From a virus (taxonomy: Duplodnaviria > Caudoviricetes), in the IMG/VR virus record IMGVR_UViG_3300028887_000067, positions 244,246 through 308,245 of that record: DNA of 64,000 nucleotides; one strand, 5' to 3'. Below the pieces are notes generated by a model. It did no database searches. It saw only the letters and a program-made list of their open reading frames with translations, and was not told the DNA's origin. Positions 8,867 to 17,883 of this stretch are shown in pieces. A program made the translations under genes and the position numbers. Each line of letters opens with the position of its first letter. Position 1 is the stretch's first letter.

Positions 8867-9493
8867 ATGATTCAGAAAGATTCCTACGATTTCCTCGAAG
8901 TCACCGACTGGCAGGGCGACTTCAACGATGGTGCCCTCAAGAATGACGCCGCTATCGCGAAGGAAGATGCAGTCATCGCCGAAATCGACAACTTCGAAGG
9001 CGATGTCCTAATTGCAACCCGCGATACCCATGACAAGGACACATACGGCGATTCCGTCGAAGGACAGAACCTCCCGATTCACTGCGTAAGGGGCACTCCC
9101 GGCTGGGAAATCACCCCCCGTGTACAGGAAGCTCTCGATCGGGCGAAGGCCGCCGGAAAGACGGTCAAGTATGTCGACAAGTCGACATTCGGTTTCCTCG
9201 GCTGGCCGAAGGTACTGTTCGATATCGACAGCACCGACCAGGAAGCCGTACACGCGCTTCTCCGTGGCAAGAAGATCCGCATCCGCATCATCGGTACCTG
9301 TTCCAACATCTGCAACATGAGCGCTGCCGTAATCCAACGCGCCTGGTTCCCGATGGCCGATATTGAATTTGTCGATGGCGCATCCGCACCTTCCGGCCTT
9401 ACGTCTAAGGAAGTTGAGGATAACCAGAAAGCCGCGTTGACCATCGCGGCAAGTATGCTCTGTAAGGTTGTCCCCACGGTCTACAAGGGTTAA
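8867..9493 (+). CDS. pncA: Nicotinamidase (isochorismatase family)
   Basis: DWQGDF, TRDTH, HCVRGTPGW, DKSTFG, GTCSNIC catalytic D-K-C; adjacent to pncB. Confidence 0.85.
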   Translation: MIQKDSYDFLEVTDWQGDFNDGALKNDAAIAKEDAVIAEIDNFEGDVLIATRDTHDKDTYGDSVEGQNLPIHCVRGTPGWEITPRVQEALDRAKAAGKTVKYVDKSTFGFLGWPKVLFDIDSTDQEAVHALLRGKKIRIRIIGTCSNICNMSAAVIQRAWFPMADIEFVDGASAPSGLTSKEVEDNQKAALTIAASMLCKVVPTVYKG

Positions 9494-9496
9494 GAT

Positions 9497-10300
9497 ATGC
9501 CGGGCAAAGACGTAGTTCAGTTTACGCAGATAAGCGACATCCACCTCGGCGGGGATTACAAAGGATTTTTCCCCGTAGAGGAAAACTTCAAGCAGGTTCT
9601 CGACTGGGCGCCGGCGGACTCCTACCTCATTATCACGGGAGACCTTGCCGACAACAACCACCGCGAACACTACGAGCGCATCAAGCGTGACGTCGAGGCT
9701 AAGTTCAATGACCGGTACTCGGTCTTGCCGGGAAACCACGACGACGTAAATGTACTGAACGAAGTCTTTGCCGGCCATACGAGCTCCTTTGTATACAGGG
9801 GTGTCCCGGTGTCTCTAATCCCGACTATATGGGACGAGTCCGCAGGGAGCGAGTTCGGCGTAGGGATGGATTTCTTTGACGACTACGATATGTTGCCCGG
9901 TTCGATAGTGTTCACCCACTACCCCGTGTTCGACACGTCGCACAAGTTCATGAACAAGCACGCGCTGTCCCAGCCAGGAAAGCAACGCATCCGTAACCTG
10001 ATGGAAAAAACGAAGTCCTCCTTGCTGTTCTGTGGCCATTTTCACGATTGTTGCAAGTCAGAAATCACCAACACGGTAACTGAAACGCACGATATGGGTC
10101 ATACCGAGGTCAGGAACGGGACTGAATTTGTCCAGTACATCTGTCCCGCGACGCAGTGCCAGATCGACCCGTTGTCGGATATGTTCGTATGTTCGAGCAA
10201 GAAACCGAACGGGTTTACCATAAACGTCTATGTCGACACGCCGACTCCGCAATCCGTTATACGCCGTTCCGATGTCGGCGTCCGTCGTTTCGTAATTTGA
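9497..10300 (+). CDS. Calcineurin-like metallophosphoesterase (CpdA/Icc-like)
   Basis: SDIH, TGDL, GNHD, THYP, GHFH motifs. Confidence 0.85.
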   Translation: MPGKDVVQFTQISDIHLGGDYKGFFPVEENFKQVLDWAPADSYLIITGDLADNNHREHYERIKRDVEAKFNDRYSVLPGNHDDVNVLNEVFAGHTSSFVYRGVPVSLIPTIWDESAGSEFGVGMDFFDDYDMLPGSIVFTHYPVFDTSHKFMNKHALSQPGKQRIRNLMEKTKSSLLFCGHFHDCCKSEITNTVTETHDMGHTEVRNGTEFVQYICPATQCQIDPLSDMFVCSSKKPNGFTINVYVDTPTPQSVIRRSDVGVRRFVI

Positions 10301-10305
10301 ACGCC

Positions 10306-10767
10306 ATGATGAATAATCCGCTTATCGAAAATGAAATCTATGAGCTTCCACGATATCCCCATACGGAGGCCGTATTCATTGTTCCTAAAGACGGGATGTA
10401 CGAGATAACCAAATTCAATACGTTTAGGCTAGAAAATGACCAAAAACCAGTCTTGGTCGACAGCCTCTACGACGCATGTTGTCTTGTAACAGAGTATCTA
10501 AATTTCATTGCGCGTGAATTTCTTCATCCGCATACCGAGTTGTACGACTATTCCGGAAAACAGGTGTACTTCATACGGAATGCGCAATATGCGCTGGTTC
10601 CTGACTTCAATAAGGATGGCGGATGGCGGGTGTTCGACTTTGTCGGGCTGAACACGATTTCGTTCAATACATATACCGAAGCGAAGGACGCGCTAAATAC
10701 GCTGATGAGTGTTGTCTCTCGGAAAGACGACGTGTTCGTCGCCGCTCCGGGATGTTCTTTGAAATGA
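10306..10767 (+). CDS. hypothetical protein
   Basis: ORF following phosphoesterase; start chosen at MMNN. Confidence 0.6.
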   Translation: MMNNPLIENEIYELPRYPHTEAVFIVPKDGMYEITKFNTFRLENDQKPVLVDSLYDACCLVTEYLNFIAREFLHPHTELYDYSGKQVYFIRNAQYALVPDFNKDGGWRVFDFVGLNTISFNTYTEAKDALNTLMSVVSRKDDVFVAAPGCSLK

Positions 10768-10777
10768 AGAGGATGCA

Positions 10778-11074
10778 ATGAGTAGCCCGCATGTATGTTC
10801 TAAGATTTCCTACGTGGTTATTAGCGCACAAGTCAAGGAGTTCCTCTGGTTCGGTACAACCTATCACGGCGTCGGGCTCGACTCGCTGAGCGCATATTCT
10901 GACCTTATGACGTGCTTGACCGACTTCGACAAACGTCATGCCGATTACCGAATAAAGGTAATGTATATTGATACAGTGGGTAAGGCGAGAACCTTATGGC
11001 GTACTCGGCCGATGACGTTCGACTTTATTAAACGTCTTGCTACCGAAAACTGGAGCAAGAAGGACCACAATTGA
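10778..11074 (+). CDS. hypothetical protein
   Basis: GAGG RBS, 98 aa. Confidence 0.6.
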   Translation: MSSPHVCSKISYVVISAQVKEFLWFGTTYHGVGLDSLSAYSDLMTCLTDFDKRHADYRIKVMYIDTVGKARTLWRTRPMTFDFIKRLATENWSKKDHN

Positions 11075-11430
11075 AATTCTCTCCGATAAAAGATGATTCC
11101 ATTGGATTCAAGCACGTCAACGGTGTCTATTTCGCCGGCTCTCTGCAACAGAAGCTCTGTACCGACCTGGTCGACATATCCGAGGTCGACATCGATCTTT
11201 TCAAGGTATTGATAAATGGCGGCAACGGCATAAACGGTCTCTCCGTCGAGGTGGAAGGATTTGATGGAGACGCCGTTCTGTATGCGTGGAAATCCAACCG
11301 AGGCGTAGTAATGATTTGCAATCCCGGATTCGAGGCTTTGTGGTTCCGTGGATTCATCGTCGACAAGTCCGACAAGGATGCAGTTGAATACGCGTCGAAA
11401 TGTTTCGAGGAAAAGAGACAAATTTTGTAA
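11071..11430 (+). CDS. hypothetical protein
   Basis: overlapping TTG start with AAGGA RBS. Confidence 0.55.
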   Translation: MKFSPIKDDSIGFKHVNGVYFAGSLQQKLCTDLVDISEVDIDLFKVLINGGNGINGLSVEVEGFDGDAVLYAWKSNRGVVMICNPGFEALWFRGFIVDKSDKDAVEYASKCFEEKRQIL

Positions 11431-11440
11431 TTGCAAAAAG

Positions 11441-11470
11441 TTGTCATCAAAATTTTAATATGCTATATTT
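11441..11470 (+). promoter_or_regulatory. sigma70-type promoter
   Basis: TTGTCA-17nt-TATATT within TGCTATATTT. Confidence 0.7.
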
Positions 11471-11485
11471 AGGCGCGAGGTTAGT

Positions 11486-12406
11486 ATGAGCTGGACAGAC
11501 TTGACTAAAAGACTGAAGGACATTGGCATCCATACAGCAGCGGACGGCGTCGGAAATTATGGGTTTTCGTATAACGGGTATCACCTCGGCGGATATACAG
11601 ATGGCGACCCGTATGTCACGTTCGCTACCGACTGGAAACGCAACGACAATGACAAATACTCGTTCGCATCCCCTGAATACATCATGTCCGTCGATACGAA
11701 GAAATACAAGTGCGCCGATTTCGACAAACTCTCGGACGACGAGGTAATCAACATTATTACCGATTCGCTCAAGCTCTTGAAAGCGAAGTACCCGCAAGTC
11801 GACCGCATCCCGCAGACATTAAACGGCCCCATACGGTCGTCCCGCTTCATCGTTTTCGAAGGCATCGACAATTCCGGTAAGACGACCGTGTCCAAGCGGG
11901 TCGCCGAAATGATGCCGTGGTTCACTTGGACGAAGGAGCCGGCTTTCTCTACCGAGGAGGCCGACCGGCTGAATTCCGACGAGTTCAAGGGCAAGGACGC
12001 CAAACGCGAGGTGTTCTTCCTCGAATCCCGATTGAAGCAGCAGTTGCTGTACAGATCCTCTCCCTGTCTGCTAGACAGGTATCTATGGACTGGCATCGCC
12101 TACGTGAAGGCGTTCTCCCCGTCGATATACGAATTCTGCGCCGAGCTGTACACCAACCATAACATTTTCATGAAGCCCGACCTCGTGTTCTTCATGGAAA
12201 CCTCGATCGATAAATGTTACGACCGGGAACCGAAACTGAAGAAAGAGCCCGGACGCCTCGAACGTATCCGCCGGGCATACAGCGACACCGAGAATCTCGT
12301 TTCTTCCCCCATTGTCTACATCGATGGCAACATGGGAATCGAGGAATGTGCGAAATTCTGCGCCGACGAGATAGTCAGGCGCTTTCCCGACCAGGAAATT
12401 TTCTAA
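11486..12406 (+). CDS. tmk: Thymidylate (dTMP) kinase with extra ~115 aa N-terminal domain
   Basis: FIVFEGIDNSGKTT, TKEP, LDRY, KPDL motifs. Confidence 0.8.
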   Translation: MSWTDLTKRLKDIGIHTAADGVGNYGFSYNGYHLGGYTDGDPYVTFATDWKRNDNDKYSFASPEYIMSVDTKKYKCADFDKLSDDEVINIITDSLKLLKAKYPQVDRIPQTLNGPIRSSRFIVFEGIDNSGKTTVSKRVAEMMPWFTWTKEPAFSTEEADRLNSDEFKGKDAKREVFFLESRLKQQLLYRSSPCLLDRYLWTGIAYVKAFSPSIYEFCAELYTNHNIFMKPDLVFFMETSIDKCYDREPKLKKEPGRLERIRRAYSDTENLVSSPIVYIDGNMGIEECAKFCADEIVRRFPDQEIF

Positions 12407-12444
12407 ATTAACCTACAACAACCACAAACAAAAGGACGTCTAAC

Positions 12445-12771
12445 ATGAAAAAGACTGATCTGATTACCAATTCCACCCCTTCCGCTTGCGGTTGCGGTGC
12501 AAGCTGCAAGGCTTCCTGCGCCTGCAAGTGCCACGCAGCCAGCAAGGTTGCCAAGCTCGCCGACGCTAAGAAGGCCGCCGCTTCCAACCTCAAGACGCTC
12601 CGTGACGCCGCCAAGGCCTCTGCAAAGAGCCACAGCGCCGTCGCCAAGAGCTTCAAGGAAAGCCAGAAGGGTCTCAACAAGGCCAACAAGGCCGTTGCCA
12701 AGGCCAAGGCCGTCTACGAGCAGGCATCCCGCCGTCTCGCCGAAGCCAAGGCAAACCTCAAGACTAAGTAA
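12445..12771 (+). CDS. Lys/Ala-rich histone-like protein with Cys-rich N-terminus
   Basis: CGCGASCKASCACKCH followed by K/A-rich helix; AAAGGA RBS. Confidence 0.65.
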   Translation: MKKTDLITNSTPSACGCGASCKASCACKCHAASKVAKLADAKKAAASNLKTLRDAAKASAKSHSAVAKSFKESQKGLNKANKAVAKAKAVYEQASRRLAEAKANLKTK

Positions 12772-12789
12772 TCCTCCAGTTGATGGGAG

Positions 12790-12815
12790 GGGCGGCCTCA
12801 CGGCCGCCCTTTCTT
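12790..12815 (+). terminator. Rho-independent terminator
   Basis: GGGCGGCC-TCAC-GGCCGCCC-TTTCTT. Confidence 0.8.
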
Positions 12816-12819
12816 GTTT

Positions 12820-13209
12820 CTAAGCCATCTTTCCGTGGCACATGAAGAACGCCTCGGTAAGCACCTTCCTCAATTTCAGGTCAACTTGCATCACGGATTC
12901 CTGGAACGCGCCGGGGGGCAACTGCTCGTAAGACCACGAACCGGACATATCGTCCTTGATGTGCTCGGATACGGTTTCCAATCCAGCAGTCACGGTATCG
13001 CCCATCCGGTTGGACTTGTATACGAATCGTTGCTCGCCGTCCTGAACGTCTCCGTACCCGACCTCCCCGAAAACCTCGTCATACGGGTCGATCAGCTCGA
13101 CCGTGTCCCCCTTGTCGCGGGTACGCAGGCCGGTGCCCTTCACCATCGCGTTCACCGCGTCGTGCAGGGCGGAACTAAGCTTGACGTTGACGATTTCGGG
13201 ACGTGGCAT
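12820..13209 (-). CDS. hypothetical protein
   Basis: GGAG RBS before ATG 13209. Confidence 0.65.
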   Translation of the reverse strand: MPRPEIVNVKLSSALHDAVNAMVKGTGLRTRDKGDTVELIDPYDEVFGEVGYGDVQDGEQRFVYKSNRMGDTVTAGLETVSEHIKDDMSGSWSYEQLPPGAFQESVMQVDLKLRKVLTEAFFMCHGKMA

Positions 13210-13267
13210 GTTGTTTCTCCGTTGATTCAGATGTAGTTTATCGTCGGGAGGCATAAACTTACCTCAT

Positions 13268-13732
13268 ATGAGCAAGATTGACGAAAAACATCCCATCGTG
13301 GAAGGCCTTGACGCGCCGAACTGCCTTTCGTTCGGCCGTGGATACGGGGAGACCGCTTCCCCGTTCGGCGTGGACGCCACCACGAGGTACAACTCGTTCG
13401 TCACGCGCACCGACCCGTACACTGGCCGTACGAACCCGGTTCTCGCCAGGGTTGCCGGATTCGAGGCGAACAACGCGGGAAAGTACAGGCCCGACCCAAA
13501 TCCAGAACTTGACGAGTTCGTCGATACACTTTTCCTCGACGACATGGGCCCCGAGGGCAGCTTCATCAACGGCGAGAACACGTACAAGGTGATAGAGAGC
13601 ATCCCGTCACGCGAAGTCGCTTCCGCCCCGCAGATGCCGGCTCCGAAGAAAGTCGACGACGTAAATGAAAAGGAAGCCATCGACGACGGCTTCCTGGACT
13701 TCGCTTCAATGTTCGGTTCGGCTAGAAATTGA
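13268..13732 (+). CDS. hypothetical acidic protein
   Basis: 154 aa ORF. Confidence 0.65.
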   Translation: MSKIDEKHPIVEGLDAPNCLSFGRGYGETASPFGVDATTRYNSFVTRTDPYTGRTNPVLARVAGFEANNAGKYRPDPNPELDEFVDTLFLDDMGPEGSFINGENTYKVIESIPSREVASAPQMPAPKKVDDVNEKEAIDDGFLDFASMFGSARN

Positions 13733-14075
13733 CGCCGCAGTCGGAATTGTTGAACTCGCGGTTGATAAAATCCATCCCCTCGGAATTGCTGGTGTTGCCG
13801 CGTTCCTCGTCCCACGGTAGACAGCGCGGGCCGTTGTTGGACACGGTTCCCGGTTCCATCACGTACCCGTTAGCTATCATGTCGTAGCGTCCGTCGGCGT
13901 ATCGCACGGCGGTCATCTCGTGGTCCGTGGTCGGGGCCGCCTCGACTATTTTCAATGTCCCGAAATGCGGTTCCGGGCGAGGAGGGGGGCACGCCATCCC
14001 CGGATAGTGGGACGGGTGCCTGAGGTCCGGATGTTCCGGACCTGGGCCAAAGAACGGGTTGAACGGCGGTTTCAT
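13722..14075 (-). CDS. Pro-rich hypothetical protein
   Basis: GGAGG RBS; operon with 14079-14966. Confidence 0.6.
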   Translation of the reverse strand: MKPPFNPFFGPGPEHPDLRHPSHYPGMACPPPRPEPHFGTLKIVEAAPTTDHEMTAVRYADGRYDMIANGYVMEPGTVSNNGPRCLPWDEERGNTSNSEGMDFINREFNNSDCGVNF

Positions 14076-14078
14076 AGA

Positions 14079-14459
14079 TTACCTCCCGTAACACCTGAAC
14101 GGGATGCACCCGTTGGGCGGATAGGCCATGTAGAAAGGCATATACGGGCCGTACGCGTGATGGGGCATGGGCGGGCGCCACGGGCCACCGCAACGGCCGC
14201 ACGGATTCGGGTACTGTATCGATGGTACGTACTCCCAAGGACCCTTCTGCGGGGCAGGGAACGAGCAACAGCTGAAGTCGGGCACGGGCGGCTGGTTCGG
14301 GATAAACAGGACGGGACCGCAGGGGGCGCAACTCCTGGTGAAGAAGGCCGGCGACTGGCCGATGTGCGGATGTACGCAACAACCCCCGTAATTCGGCGGG
14401 GGTACCGGCGTCGGGCGCGGCATAGGCTGTACGTAGTTTCTCTGGCAGGCGCAGCTCAT
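14079..14459 (-). CDS. Pro/Cys/Tyr-rich hypothetical protein
   Basis: GGAGG RBS; very high Pro and Cys content. Confidence 0.55.
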   Translation of the reverse strand: MSCACQRNYVQPMPRPTPVPPPNYGGCCVHPHIGQSPAFFTRSCAPCGPVLFIPNQPPVPDFSCCSFPAPQKGPWEYVPSIQYPNPCGRCGGPWRPPMPHHAYGPYMPFYMAYPPNGCIPFRCYGR

Positions 14460-14462
14460 AGG

Positions 14463-14966
14463 CTACCTCCCGGACATTGACGTCCTTCTGCTAATGGTTC
14501 GGCGGGACTTCCTGGCCGGAGCGTTGGGCATCCGGAGAACCTGCGTGTGTATCTCGTGTATGTAGGAATTGCCGCCCAAGTCGGAATAGACCTTGTACAT
14601 CTTCTCGAAATTCTCCCGGTCGTAGTCGCCGATGTAACCCTTCTCGATCGCGTTGTTGTAGATTGCGGTGAGGTCGTTGCGCGTTGACGCTATTGTCGCT
14701 TCCTTCATTAGCGCCTGTTCTTTCCGGTCGTTGTCGAACTTGACTTCGAGGTCCTGTTTCAGGACGGTCACGAAGTTGTTGATGTTGGCGACGTCGGCCT
14801 CGATCTTGGTGACACGGGTGTTGAAGTCAACGGACTTGTTTAGACGTTGAACCACCCATCTGCGCAGAGGACTTACAAAGCCCACGACGGCGGCGGATAA
14901 CGATGTCATCGCAATGATAAGGCCCGAAACAAGTTGGATATAATCGGTCAGCGTACTAAGTTCCAT
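14463..14966 (-). CDS. Holin-like membrane protein
   Basis: N-terminal TM, coiled coil, Y..Y..LGGN motif seen in phage holin-associated proteins. Confidence 0.5.
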   Translation of the reverse strand: MELSTLTDYIQLVSGLIIAMTSLSAAVVGFVSPLRRWVVQRLNKSVDFNTRVTKIEADVANINNFVTVLKQDLEVKFDNDRKEQALMKEATIASTRNDLTAIYNNAIEKGYIGDYDRENFEKMYKVYSDLGGNSYIHEIHTQVLRMPNAPARKSRRTISRRTSMSGR

Positions 14967-15024
14967 GTTCAGCGATTCCTATGTTACACCAGTTAAGTTT
15001 ATAGCAGGCGGGACCCATTTCCCA

Positions 15025-15053
15025 TTGACAAACGGGGGTCTGAAAACTATATT
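15025..15053 (+). promoter_or_regulatory. sigma70-type promoter
   Basis: TTGACA-17nt-TATATT. Confidence 0.8.
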
Positions 15054-15090
15054 TTTATTATTATTTTTCATCCACCAACAGAGGTCAATT

Positions 15091-15564
15091 ATGGTATACA
15101 TCGAACAGCACATGGACATCCGCAACTTTATCGACGGGGACGACGTAGTGGTCGCCCACTGCATAGCTGCTGACCTCAACTGGGGAAGCGGTGTCGCCCC
15201 GATAATCAACCGGGAAATGTTCGACGCGGAGGACGCCTGCCGTTACCGCTGTTCCACGAACGCCATCGGGGTGCCGACCCCACTGCGCGTGGGCGAGTGC
15301 CTGCCGGTCAAGACGTACAAGCATCACGCAACGCTCGTCAACCTCATCACCAAGCTCCGTTCCCAGTACAAGCCGACTTACGAGAGCCTCACCGAGTCAC
15401 TGGTGTCCCTCCGCTCGTACATGCAGGTGAACGGCAAGAACATCCTCTATATGCCCAAGATCGGTTGCGGTATCGACATGCTCCACTGGGACGTAGTGAG
15501 CAACATCATCAAGGGCGTGTTCAACGGAACCGATGTCAAGATAACCATCGCCATCAAGGACTAA
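15091..15564 (+). CDS. Macrodomain protein (Poa1p/TARG-like ADP-ribose processing)
   Basis: AHCIAADLNWGSGVA, NLITK, MPKIGCGID.L.W motifs. Confidence 0.85.
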   Translation: MVYIEQHMDIRNFIDGDDVVVAHCIAADLNWGSGVAPIINREMFDAEDACRYRCSTNAIGVPTPLRVGECLPVKTYKHHATLVNLITKLRSQYKPTYESLTESLVSLRSYMQVNGKNILYMPKIGCGIDMLHWDVVSNIIKGVFNGTDVKITIAIKD

Positions 15565-15566
15565 CC

Positions 15567-16616
15567 ATGAAATATCCAGCAATTATAAACCGCCTACACG
15601 AACGCGTACGCAAGATTGTCGCCTCGGTCATCCCGAATAAGGCCAAGGACGACGACACGAAGTCGAACAACGAGCTTCCGCAAGATCTACACTCGAGGAT
15701 GAAGCGGTACGAGTCTTACTTCACGGGCAAGCAGACCAAGGATATCCTTCCAAACTTCCCGCATCGGAACGCGGTCGTCATACCCGCAGGCTGGCCCATT
15801 GGGCTCGACGGCTATACCACGATCCCCGAAGGGTTCTACCCCGTAATCCGTGTCGACGGGCACAAGTTCAGCACATTCACGAAACAGTTCGACAAGCCTT
15901 TCGACAAACGCGTCACAGATGCGATGATCGCCGCCACCAAGGCCATCGTTGACAATTTCCAGGGCATCATCGGCTATACCCAGTCCGACGAGATCACCCT
16001 CGTCCTTCCCAAGCATTCTGAGATGTTCGGGCGCCAGTGCCAGAAACTCGCGTCACTCGCCGCCTCGTGCGCTGCGGTGCATTTCTACGACTCCCTCATC
16101 AAGTCCGGCTACGGGGCGGGAAAGTCCGTCGTGAAGATGCCGGAGTTTGACGGTCGCACGTTCGGCATTCCCGACGACTCCGAACTCGCCAATATGTTCG
16201 TATGGCGCGAACGCGACGCTATCCGTAACTCTATCAGCGCCGTCGCCCGCCGTTTTTTCAGCGACAAGTCCCTGCTCGGTATCAACAGCACAGAGAAGCT
16301 TGCCAAGCTCTCTGAAAAAGGTGTCGACTTCTGGAATATGTACCCGCCGTGCTGCACCAGGGGAGCGTACTTCAAGCGCGTCGAGATCGACCGCAATTTC
16401 AATGTGGAAGACCTCGAGAAACTACCCCCGAAGCACCACGCCCGTACCAACCCGGAAGAGTTCTTCGCCCGTCACCCGACCTGCACCGTCGTGCAGGAGA
16501 TGAAGTTCCCGGTGATATCCACGATTGCCAACCTTCCGGACGTCCTTATCAACAACGCCACGCCCGTACGGAAGGATGAGGCCGGCAACCCGCTTAAATC
16601 GGTAGACGAGGCGTAA
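15567..16616 (+). CDS. tRNA(His) guanylyltransferase Thg1-like protein (3'-5' polymerase)
   Basis: RMKRYE, IRVDGHKFSTFT, GYTQSDEITL, KLASL, FDGR, WRE.DA.RNS motifs. Confidence 0.9.
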   Translation: MKYPAIINRLHERVRKIVASVIPNKAKDDDTKSNNELPQDLHSRMKRYESYFTGKQTKDILPNFPHRNAVVIPAGWPIGLDGYTTIPEGFYPVIRVDGHKFSTFTKQFDKPFDKRVTDAMIAATKAIVDNFQGIIGYTQSDEITLVLPKHSEMFGRQCQKLASLAASCAAVHFYDSLIKSGYGAGKSVVKMPEFDGRTFGIPDDSELANMFVWRERDAIRNSISAVARRFFSDKSLLGINSTEKLAKLSEKGVDFWNMYPPCCTRGAYFKRVEIDRNFNVEDLEKLPPKHHARTNPEEFFARHPTCTVVQEMKFPVISTIANLPDVLINNATPVRKDEAGNPLKSVDEA

Positions 16617-16617
16617 C

Positions 16618-17046
16618 ATGGGCCTTATCGGGAACATCATCGGCAGCGTGCTTACCGACATGGCGACGAAGGCCGTCGGCAAGGTCATCGCCAAGGTAAT
16701 CGGCCTACGCAAGGGTGACGGCATCGACATCAACGGGACGAAGGTCAAGGCCGACGGCGGGGACCTCAAGGTTGACGAGCACGGAGTTCATGTCGACGGC
16801 AAAACCTACGCCGTCAAGGACAGAATAGTCAACATTTCCGTGTACGGAAACCCCGGACACGTGTCGACGGCGAGCGGACGCGTCAGCGTATCGGGATCGT
16901 CCGGCTCCGTCACGACGACGTCAGGAGACATCAGCGTGGGCGGCAACGTCACGGGAAACACGCAGAGCGTATCTGGAGACATCGACATCTCGGGTCGCGT
17001 AGGCGGTAACGTGTCGTCCGTGAGCGGCGACATCGATATAGGATAG
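16618..17046 (+). CDS. beta-strand-repeat protein (DUF4097-like)
   Basis: repeated T.SGD.. / SVSGDI motifs. Confidence 0.6.
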   Translation: MGLIGNIIGSVLTDMATKAVGKVIAKVIGLRKGDGIDINGTKVKADGGDLKVDEHGVHVDGKTYAVKDRIVNISVYGNPGHVSTASGRVSVSGSSGSVTTTSGDISVGGNVTGNTQSVSGDIDISGRVGGNVSSVSGDIDIG

Positions 17047-17049
17047 TAG

Positions 17050-17883
17050 ATGCTCACATATTTCATTTCGGACATCCACGCGGACGCGTGGCTCCCCCTG
17101 ACGAAGAACGAATCCGTCCTCCGTCCGGAACTGGAGCGGATGTACGACCGCTATTTCCACCCCGCCGACGCCGTGTCGCTGTCGGGCGACATAGCCGACG
17201 ACTCGACCCTATTCCTGTCCGTGGTGAAATTCCTCGCGGAGAAATATTCCCGCGTCTTCCTCACGCTCGGCAACCACGAGCTCGCCGTGAGCGACAAGTT
17301 CGTCATCGACGATGCGTTCGACGACACCGAGTCCAAAATCGCGTTCCTGAAGGAACACCTATCGGATATCGGCAACGTCCACCTGCTCGACGGTGACGTC
17401 GTCGAAGGGTTCGGCGGTACGATGGGGATGTGCGACTTCAGCTTCCAGGTCGAAGATGGGCGTCCGTACGACTCGGTGGCAATGTGGAGTCGCGCATACC
17501 ACGACGGCAGGTGCTGGAAGTACATGAACCAGGACCCACTCGCCATCCTGAAATCGGAACGCGAGAAGCTTTCCGGAATAGTGGAACTGGCGCCGAAGGT
17601 CGTTCTGACCCATTTCTTCCCTGTACAGATGGGTGTGCGTGGCAGCTTCGCGGAGGACGAGAAGACGGCGTTCTATTGTTTCGACGCGAGTGAATATCTG
17701 GAATCCCTGCCCGAGTCCACTATATGGCAGTGCGGACATACGCACAACATAGTCGACACTACATGGGTGGATAAAAATAACAAGGGGCATCGCATCATCT
17801 GCAATCCCCTTGGCCTTCCGTCCGAGAACAACGGATTCAACTTCTTCTACGACGAGAAGACGTTTCTTATCAACATTTGTTAG
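17050..17883 (+). CDS. Calcineurin-like metallophosphoesterase
   Basis: SDIH, SGDI, GNHE, THF, GHTH, CNPLG. Confidence 0.85.
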   Translation: MLTYFISDIHADAWLPLTKNESVLRPELERMYDRYFHPADAVSLSGDIADDSTLFLSVVKFLAEKYSRVFLTLGNHELAVSDKFVIDDAFDDTESKIAFLKEHLSDIGNVHLLDGDVVEGFGGTMGMCDFSFQVEDGRPYDSVAMWSRAYHDGRCWKYMNQDPLAILKSEREKLSGIVELAPKVVLTHFFPVQMGVRGSFAEDEKTAFYCFDASEYLESLPESTIWQCGHTHNIVDTTWVDKNNKGHRIICNPLGLPSENNGFNFFYDEKTFLINIC

